DNA of 64,000 nucleotides. Source: Cellvibrionaceae bacterium. Lineage in GTDB: Bacteria > Pseudomonadota > Gammaproteobacteria > Pseudomonadales > Cellvibrionaceae. The notes beneath the pieces were generated by a model. That model ran no database searches. It saw only the letters and a list, made by a program, of their open reading frames with translations, and was not told where the DNA came from. The stretch covers positions 224 through 64,223 of the forward strand of contig JBNKVX010000004.1 in the NCBI GenBank assembly GCA_050299435.1, read 5' to 3'. Positions 57,145 through 64,000 of this stretch are shown here, piece after piece; within the stretch, counting starts at the first letter, position 1, and each line of letters begins with the position of its first letter. The position numbers were made by a program, and so were the translations under genes.

Positions 57145-58422
57145 GCCAAGTTGAATGGCGCCACCTTGCATTTCATCGCTTTGCATATAGGCCGCTTCCA
57201 TTGCGAAAAATCCAAGTGACCACGCTAGACCGCCGGTGAGGACGTCGGTGCGCATTCCATTAAGATCGTGTTTATATCCGAGACGAAGATCCACTGTACC
57301 AAAGGGGTTAAGTTCAATCCCAAAACCCACTTCCTGGGTGGGCGTTTCTCCCGCAACAGAATTGTTCTCGACCAAATCGACGTCCATCCCGATTGCAATC
57401 CAATCATTCACATAAGCCAAACCCAGTCTCGCTCGGGCTTTCATATCGACACTTGGATTGTCGTCACCATTTGAAAAACTTTCTGGTACAAGGTCCTTGA
57501 TAGCTAAGCCAACACGGTAATGATCGTAGAGTTCGGTTGCCACGCCAAAGTCGAAATTAAAATTGTAATGCGCAACTGCGTCATCGGTAGTATCAAATTC
57601 TGTGTCTGCTGCCGATCGCGATTCTCGATAGACATCTGTTCGTTTAACCTTGGGTGAAAAGCCAAAAGCCACATCAAAACCATAAATAGAAAACTCTCGA
57701 GAAAGTGACAAGCCCACCTCAGTGATTCCCACTGCGCCCACATCGTAACGAGAAGTGACATTGTCAGAAGGATCAATTAAATCGCCATTGGCATCCAGTA
57801 GATAATCGAATTGGGCACCTGGTGTCCCGCCACCCGCCACGATGTTGAGATAGCTTCGATAGTCATCGAGAATGACCTGATCTTCTGCAGTGTATTCCGC
57901 ACGGCCACCTGCGATAATTCGCGTTCCCATGTAAAAAGCACCACCCTCGCGCTTGGAGGGTTCGCTGACGACCATTCCGACGAAGGCATCACCAATATAA
58001 TCCTGGCCGGATATTCGAATCGCAGCTGCTTCAAATTCATCAATTAAGGTAATAACTTGTGCGGCCCCATTTACAGGGTCTGCATTGTAAGCCGTCATAG
58101 CCGCATCAAGCTGCGCATCAATATCCAGGTCAGCAACTTCGTCCAGAATATCAATTTGATCTTCATAGTATTGGGCTGTCGCCATTGGAAAGAAAAAGCG
58201 ACCGTCACGACCTTCATCTTCCTTTCTATCATGAAAAGACAGCAGGGCCGGGTTATAAAAAATGGCATTTTCGTGGTTGCCAACTGCAACGCCCGCACCA
58301 CCCATGCCAGCGGCACGTGCCTCATAAATACCGTAGTTGATCGCAAGTGCATTTGAGCAAATTGACATAGCCAAGGCGAAACCCACAACTTTGCTCAAAG
58401 ATTGTCCAATTTTTATTGTCAT
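57133..58422 (-). CDS. Outer-membrane beta-barrel, TraF(PF13729)/PorV/FadL-like
   Basis: Signal peptide; ARAAGMGGAGVA...AIFYNPALL; alternating strands; C-terminal Phe (LGLAF). Confidence 0.8.
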   Translation of the reverse strand: MTIKIGQSLSKVVGFALAMSICSNALAINYGIYEARAAGMGGAGVAVGNHENAIFYNPALLSFHDRKEDEGRDGRFFFPMATAQYYEDQIDILDEVADLDIDAQLDAAMTAYNADPVNGAAQVITLIDEFEAAAIRISGQDYIGDAFVGMVVSEPSKREGGAFYMGTRIIAGGRAEYTAEDQVILDDYRSYLNIVAGGGTPGAQFDYLLDANGDLIDPSDNVTSRYDVGAVGITEVGLSLSREFSIYGFDVAFGFSPKVKRTDVYRESRSAADTEFDTTDDAVAHYNFNFDFGVATELYDHYRVGLAIKDLVPESFSNGDDNPSVDMKARARLGLAYVNDWIAIGMDVDLVENNSVAGETPTQEVGFGIELNPFGTVDLRLGYKHDLNGMRTDVLTGGLAWSLGFFAMEAAYMQSDEMQGGAIQLGLAF

Positions 58423-58617
58423 ACTTGCTACCTTATGATTAATCTTGAATCTGCCTTGCTATGCCAATCAACGCTGCCAGATTATTTAATGGCCAGCTCA
58501 CCTTAGCAATTGTCGTATTTGCAATTATTGTGCAAAGAAAGCGATGAAAAAAGCGCAAACTCTATTTAATCTTGCGAATGTTAAATATGGCACACAACTT
58601 TCACTTATGATGCGCGC

Positions 58618-59790
58618 ATGAGTCTGCCAGAACCCAAATTTCGTCAACTTCCACCGCTGTCACTCTACATCCATATACCCTGGTGTGTCAGAAAGTGCCC
58701 TTATTGCGATTTTAATTCTCACGAAAAAAGGGGGGAAATTCCGGTTTCCCAATATGTAGACGCACTGAAATCAGATTTGGCTCAAGACGCAGCTTATGCT
58801 CAAGGTAGAAAACTGAGGTCAATATTCATCGGAGGGGGCACTCCGAGCCTATTCCCAGCTGATGCGATAGCCGAGATTTTACGAGCAGCAGAAACCAACA
58901 TTCCATTTGAAAAAGATATCGAGGTTACCCTTGAAGCTAACCCCGGTACGACAGAGTACAACAATCTGAGCGGCCTCTTTGATGCAGGGGTCAATCGCCT
59001 CTCTTTCGGAATTCAAACCTTTGATGATGCCCAGTTAAAGCAACTCGGTAGGATTCATTCTAGCCTGGAGGCTGGACAGGCAATCCAGGCTGCTCAGCGC
59101 GCAGGATTTAAAAACATCAATCTGGATCTCATGCACGGCCTCCCGAATCAAACACCCAAAGCAGCACTGAATGATTTAAATAAGGCCCTGGATTTTCAGC
59201 CTACTCATCTTTCCTGGTACCAGCTGACCATTGAACCCAATACACAATTTTATAATCGCCCCCCCATACTTCCTGATGACGAACTTTTGTGGGAACTTCA
59301 AGAGACTGGCATCGACTTCCTGGCGAGCAGAGCTTATGAACGCTATGAAGTTTCTGCCTATTGCCAGAATAATCAGGTATCACGTCACAACCTAAATTAC
59401 TGGGAGTTTGGTGACTACCTCGGTGTAGGTGCGGGCGCACATGGAAAAATAACCCGCTCCGGCGAAATATTCCGGACAGCGAAAAGTCGTCAACCTTCTG
59501 ACTATATTACAAAGATGTCTGCATCGACTGAATTGACCCTAAGAAAAATTCAAAAAATTGACGAAGAAAATCTCATTATCGATTTTTTTATGAACGTCCT
59601 GCGACTCAAGCAGGGAGTAGAAAAAACACTTTTTACTGAAAGAACAGGTTTACCGTTTCAAATTATTAATAAAAAATTCAAATACTTACAAGAACAAAGG
59701 CTTCTGGTCGATAGCTCGGAGCGCATTCAAAGCACCGAAACCGGTTTTAATTTCCTGAATACACTCTTGCAGGAATTCCTTCCCAAATAA
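58618..59790 (+). CDS. hemW: Radical SAM heme chaperone HemW
   Basis: SLYIHIPWCVRKCPYCDFNSH, GGGTPS, HNLNYWEFGDYLGVGAGAHGK. Confidence 0.96.
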   Translation: MSLPEPKFRQLPPLSLYIHIPWCVRKCPYCDFNSHEKRGEIPVSQYVDALKSDLAQDAAYAQGRKLRSIFIGGGTPSLFPADAIAEILRAAETNIPFEKDIEVTLEANPGTTEYNNLSGLFDAGVNRLSFGIQTFDDAQLKQLGRIHSSLEAGQAIQAAQRAGFKNINLDLMHGLPNQTPKAALNDLNKALDFQPTHLSWYQLTIEPNTQFYNRPPILPDDELLWELQETGIDFLASRAYERYEVSAYCQNNQVSRHNLNYWEFGDYLGVGAGAHGKITRSGEIFRTAKSRQPSDYITKMSASTELTLRKIQKIDEENLIIDFFMNVLRLKQGVEKTLFTERTGLPFQIINKKFKYLQEQRLLVDSSERIQSTETGFNFLNTLLQEFLPK

Positions 59791-59832
59791 CATACGCTAT
59801 ATTGCGACCACTGCTAGACTGAAATAAAGTCG

Positions 59833-61899
59833 TTGAATTTCGTCTTGTTTATGCTGAGAGCTCTTAAGCGTCATTTTACTCGCCACAGTGTCGCGTTCAA
59901 ACTCATGTTTGCTAATGCGCTTGTTGCTTTTGTCATGTTGTTGATCAATGAGAGTCTCAAAATTAATCTTGGTAAAAATGCCGCCTACTACATTGATCTT
60001 GTCACTTTTTTTGTTTTTGTCATTATTTTTTCGGGGCTGGTTGAATTCCTGGTTTTTCGGCATCTTCGTAACATTGCGCAGTTTGCTCGCACACTTGAAG
60101 AAAACAGTTTAGATAGCCCCTTTGTACTCAAGCGTCATCGAAATGTTCAGGATAAAGAAGATGAGTTGGATCTGGTTATTAACACCTTTAACCAGGTTCG
60201 TGTGGCGATGCGAAATGAGCTGAATCAGCAGCGCGAAACCGAACTGGCATTGCTCGCGGAGAAAGAAGAAAAACTCGCCTCCAGAAAGCGCATTGTGGAA
60301 GCAGAAGCAGCGAACAAAGCAAAAAGCCAATTTATTGCAACCATGAGCCATGAGATTCGCACACCAATGAATGGCATTATTGGTTTAATTCAAATGTTAC
60401 GTGATACCGAGTTAAACGAAACTCAAAGCCACTACGCAAAATTAGTATACCGATCCAGCGAATCATTAATGGCCATCATTAATAATATTTTGGATTATTC
60501 CAAAATCGAAGCAGGAAAAATGCAACTGGAACAGATCCCCTTTAATTTGGATGATCTTATCGAAAACTGTATTGAACTTTTTCACGCAAGTTCAAAAAAA
60601 AGAAGGCTGGAATTGGTGTGTTGTATTTCACCCAATACACCACTCAATTTAGTTGGCGATCCCGTTCGACTAAAACAAGTACTGATTAATCTAATTGGAA
60701 ACGCATTTAAATTTACTTCTGATGGGTATATTTATTTGCATGTTAACCAGGCAAATAGTGCCACATCTGATAAACCTCTGATTCATTTCTCAATTGAAGA
60801 TACGGGTATCGGCTTGGAAGACGAGGCCAAGACCAATTTATTTCAGGCTTTTAGCCAAGCGGATTCTTCCATAACCCGGAAATTTGGCGGTACAGGTTTG
60901 GGCTTGGCAATAGCCAAACAGTTGGTAGAACTTATGTCAGGGGAAATTGGCGTCGAGAGTTCACCAGGTAAAGGTTCAACATTTTGGTTTACGGCCCGAT
61001 GCACAATCGACAAACAAAAACAGCAGCTGGAAAAATCGCCAGAGTCAAGCGCTTTAAAGTCAAAAAATTTGATGGTGATTCACAGCTCCAAAGTAATCGA
61101 AAATGCGATTTACCATCACATGAGGCGCTGGGGCTTACATTGCAGAACCGTAAGATCCGCCGAGAAGGCGATGCAAGTTTTGGAAGCCAAAGAAAAGCCT
61201 TTTATGTTTGATTATTTTCTACTTGCCGAAACCTTACCCGATGCAAGTGCCGTAGAAATGGCAGAAAAAATTCGCTCGTTCACCCATTATTCTGAAGCGC
61301 CAATTATATTATTAGCCGACAAGCCCAAAGAATTATACGCTGCGATTGAACTTAAAGGACTTAGCCATATACTACCCAAACCTTTTTCTGCGAGAAAATT
61401 CAAAAACCTTCTGGAAAATCTTGATGGGAACCGAATACAAGAAGAACACAGCAAGCGCGCAATCAAAGTACGTAACGACAAAGAACTAAAAGTCCTGGTA
61501 GCCGAAGACAATATGGTTAACCAAATGGTAATCGAAGGTTTGTTGAAAAAATTTAACATTACGGCAGTCGTAGCAGATGATGGCGTAAGGGCGCTTGAGG
61601 CTTTTGAAGAGGGTGAGATGGATTTTGACCTTATACTCATGGATTGCGAGATGCCCGAGCTGGATGGGTATCAAACTACACGCAAAATACGCGAGCTCGA
61701 ACACAAAAATGAGATATCTTCCACACCTATTGTTGCGCTCACTGCACATATTGAGGAGGATCATCGAAAGCGTGCCTTTGATTGCGGCATGAATTATTAT
61801 TTGAGCAAACCTGTTACAATGGAAAAACTCAGCGAATCTCTGATAGCAGTCGGGATAATCCCTAATCCAAAAATAGGTCCGGCTCAACAATTCAACTAG
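59833..61899 (+). CDS. Hybrid histidine kinase (2 TM, HAMP, HisKA, HATPase, pseudo-REC, REC)
   Basis: [43 protein letters not shown]. Start at 59833 or 59851. Confidence 0.93.
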   Translation: MNFVLFMLRALKRHFTRHSVAFKLMFANALVAFVMLLINESLKINLGKNAAYYIDLVTFFVFVIIFSGLVEFLVFRHLRNIAQFARTLEENSLDSPFVLKRHRNVQDKEDELDLVINTFNQVRVAMRNELNQQRETELALLAEKEEKLASRKRIVEAEAANKAKSQFIATMSHEIRTPMNGIIGLIQMLRDTELNETQSHYAKLVYRSSESLMAIINNILDYSKIEAGKMQLEQIPFNLDDLIENCIELFHASSKKRRLELVCCISPNTPLNLVGDPVRLKQVLINLIGNAFKFTSDGYIYLHVNQANSATSDKPLIHFSIEDTGIGLEDEAKTNLFQAFSQADSSITRKFGGTGLGLAIAKQLVELMSGEIGVESSPGKGSTFWFTARCTIDKQKQQLEKSPESSALKSKNLMVIHSSKVIENAIYHHMRRWGLHCRTVRSAEKAMQVLEAKEKPFMFDYFLLAETLPDASAVEMAEKIRSFTHYSEAPIILLADKPKELYAAIELKGLSHILPKPFSARKFKNLLENLDGNRIQEEHSKRAIKVRNDKELKVLVAEDNMVNQMVIEGLLKKFNITAVVADDGVRALEAFEEGEMDFDLILMDCEMPELDGYQTTRKIRELEHKNEISSTPIVALTAHIEEDHRKRAFDCGMNYYLSKPVTMEKLSESLIAVGIIPNPKIGPAQQFN

Positions 61900-61933
61900 C
61901 AAATTTAATAATGATTTTCCGAGTAGCAAGCGC

Positions 61934-64000
61934 ATGAATGATATGACTCAACTTGCCGATAAAACAGACCCTACGCCTGGCATTGACGACCCTTCACATT
62001 ACATCAATCGTGAATTGAGTCATCTTGCATTTAATCAGCGTGTGCTTGCTCAAGCTACAGACATGCAGCATCCCTTGTTGGAACGCTTAAAATTTTTATT
62101 AATACTAAGCTCTAACCTGGACGAGTTTTTTGAAATTCGTGTGGCCGGACTGGTGCAAAGCATCAAGTTTGAACGTGAAACTGTCGGACTTGATGGCGCT
62201 CATCCAGAAGAAACTCTGAGAACCATTAGTGAAATTTGTCATGAAATTGTAACCAAACAGTACGCCATTCTTAATGATATTTTGATACCGGAACTGGAAC
62301 AGAAAAATATTCGCTTTCTGCGCCGTAATCAGTGGACAGAGGAGCAGACACAGTGGATTCAGGAATATATAGAGCGTGAAGTCTTACCCATTTTAAGCCC
62401 TATCGGCTTGGATCCAGCGCACCCCTTTCCTCGCTTGGTGAATAAGAGTTTAAATTTTATTCTGGAATTGGAAGGCAATGATGCTTTCGGTCGAGACCTG
62501 AACCATGCAATTTTACCCGCGCCTAGAAGCTTGCCACGCGTGATTAAATTGCCCGATGATTTTGGCGAACCTGGTCATAATTTTGTTTTTTTGTCCTCAA
62601 TGATTCACGCTCATGCTGACAAACTGTTTCCCGGAATGAAAGTGCAGGGATGTTACCAATTTCGTATTACTCGGAACGCAGATCTTGATGTGGATGTGGA
62701 GGGCATCGCTGATTTGGCGCGTGCGCTGAGGGGCGAATTACATAGCCGAAGATTTGGAACCGCTGTGCGTATCGAAGTCGCCGACAACTGCCCGGAATCC
62801 CTAGTGCAATTTCTCCTGGAGAAAGTCGGACTAAATGAGAGTGATATTTACCGCGTGGACGGTCCAGTAAATCTCAAGCGTTTGATGGACGTGCAGAATC
62901 TGGTCGATCGTCCTGACTTAAGTTATCCCCCGTTTTCGCCAGGCATTCCCAAAGGCTTAAATCGTAAAAACAATATTTTTGAAGCGATCTCAAAAAAAGA
63001 TTACTTATTACAACACCCCTTTGAATCTTTTGCACCAGTTGTACAAATGCTTCGTCAAGCGGCTAAAGATCCAGACGTGCTCGCAATAAAACAAACGCTG
63101 TATCGGACTGGATCTGAAAGAGCCATTGTGGATGCTTTAATAGACGCAGCACGCAATGGCAAAGAAGTGACAGCGATCGTTGAGTTGCGAGCCCGTTTTG
63201 ATGAAGAAGAAAATCTTGAGCTGGCCAGTAAGTTACAGGAAGCCGGTGCAGTGGTTGTTTATGGCGTTGTTGGCTACAAAACGCATTGTAAAATGATTCT
63301 AATTGTACGTCGCGAAAACAATCAATTGACGCGCTACGTGCACTTGGGAACCGGCAACTATCACAGCGGTAACGCGCGTTTGTACACCGACTATTCTCTA
63401 CTCACCTCGGATCACGAAATTTGTGAAGACGTCCATTTGCTGTTTCAGCAATTGACCGGAATGGGTCAAACAGAGCGCACCAGTAAACTTCTTTATGCGC
63501 CATTTACCTTAAAACGTCAGCTTTTGAAGTTAATTGAAGGTGAGATTAAGGCTCAAAGAGATGGCCAGCCCGGGCACATTATTTTGAAATGCAATGGCCT
63601 AACAGAAACAAAAGTTATTCAATCCTTATACAAGGCATCCCAGGAAGGCGTAAAAATTGACTTGATTGTGAGAGGAATGTGTTGTTTAAGGCCCGGCGTA
63701 GCAGGCATATCAGAAAATATTCGCGTCCATTCCATTTTAGGGCGTTTCCTGGAGCACTCACGTGCGTACTACTTTGCCAATGCAGAACCTACGGTGTATT
63801 GCAGCAGCGCCGACCTTATGGAACGAAACCTGAATCGTCGTGTAGAAGTGTGTTTTCCTATCATTTCAAAGTCCTTGTCTAAACGGATCAAGGAAGAGCT
63901 AGACTTGTATCTCAGTGAGGGACCGGGAAGTTGGGAATTAAGCAGTGCCGGCGAGTACATACCAGCAAAAGCAGCTGAAGACGAAGCTGCTGCTCAAGCT
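61934..64000 (+). CDS. ppk1: Polyphosphate kinase 1 (runs off the window; absent from the ORF track)
   Basis: Read manually: YINRELSHLAFNQRVL, SNLDEFFEIRVAGL, DPAHPFP, HHPFESF, IKQTLYRT, ELRARFDEE, YVHLGTGNY, GRFLEHSR. Confidence 0.97.
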   Translation, partial: MNDMTQLADKTDPTPGIDDPSHYINRELSHLAFNQRVLAQATDMQHPLLERLKFLLILSSNLDEFFEIRVAGLVQSIKFERETVGLDGAHPEETLRTISEICHEIVTKQYAILNDILIPELEQKNIRFLRRNQWTEEQTQWIQEYIEREVLPILSPIGLDPAHPFPRLVNKSLNFILELEGNDAFGRDLNHAILPAPRSLPRVIKLPDDFGEPGHNFVFLSSMIHAHADKLFPGMKVQGCYQFRITRNADLDVDVEGIADLARALRGELHSRRFGTAVRIEVADNCPESLVQFLLEKVGLNESDIYRVDGPVNLKRLMDVQNLVDRPDLSYPPFSPGIPKGLNRKNNIFEAISKKDYLLQHPFESFAPVVQMLRQAAKDPDVLAIKQTLYRTGSERAIVDALIDAARNGKEVTAIVELRARFDEEENLELASKLQEAGAVVVYGVVGYKTHCKMILIVRRENNQLTRYVHLGTGNYHSGNARLYTDYSLLTSDHEICEDVHLLFQQLTGMGQTERTSKLLYAPFTLKRQLLKLIEGEIKAQRDGQPGHIILKCNGLTETKVIQSLYKASQEGVKIDLIVRGMCCLRPGVAGISENIRVHSILGRFLEHSRAYYFANAEPTVYCSSADLMERNLNRRVEVCFPIISKSLSKRIKEELDLYLSEGPGSWELSSAGEYIPAKAAEDEAAAQA

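Noticed and set aside
58586-58604. Sigma54 promoter TGGCAC-N5-TTTCA upstream of hemW
   Set aside because: The invariant -12 GC is missing.
32438-63960. Many 60-155 aa antisense or alternate-frame ORFs in the track, and 5' extensions of ccoP, yggS, yggU, pilT and nudE
   Set aside because: They are shadows of well-supported genes with no motifs or RBS; starts were reset to family-consistent codons.
1-64000. CRISPR arrays, rRNA/tRNA, recognisable defence systems or toxin-antitoxin pairs
   Set aside because: No repeat-spacer periodicity, tRNA/rRNA signatures or recognisable defence domains were seen by manual reading; covariance-model and HMM scans would be needed to exclude them formally.

Overview
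Chromosomal window of a marine-type gammaproteobacterium. Gene order resembles Pseudomonadales/Cellvibrionales, which is an inference. I found no rRNA, tRNA, CRISPR, integrase or IS. Bases 1-15.5 kb are an accessory envelope/stress region: YafK/DpaA-family L,D-transpeptidase, TonB-C lipoprotein, membrane-fused XRE regulator, minimal K+ channel, RND pump, DUF2167, a decayed murein endopeptidase gene, an autoregulated membrane protein/wHTH pair, and a sHsp-sHsp-DegQ heat-shock cluster. The rest is mostly core: Yip1-ccoNOQP-ccoGHIS-ccoT-hemN-fnr, cysQ-nudE / yrfG-hslR-hslO, pilGHIJK-chpABC, gshB-tonB-yqgE-ruvX, an ECF sigma locus, pilTU, yggS-proC-yggT-yggU-metXW-DUF4426-rdgB, a TraF/PorV-like barrel, hemW, a hybrid kinase and a 3'-truncated ppk1. 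The best new signals are cis-regulatory. The heat-shock operon has a sigma32 promoter, a ROSE thermometer on the first sHsp, a candidate SD-sequestering pseudoknot on the second sHsp and a terminator directly before degQ. There are also twin 20-bp operators around a sigma70 promoter, and an FNR promoter that places Yip1 at the head of the cbb3 operon. All homology calls come from motif recognition; no database search was run.
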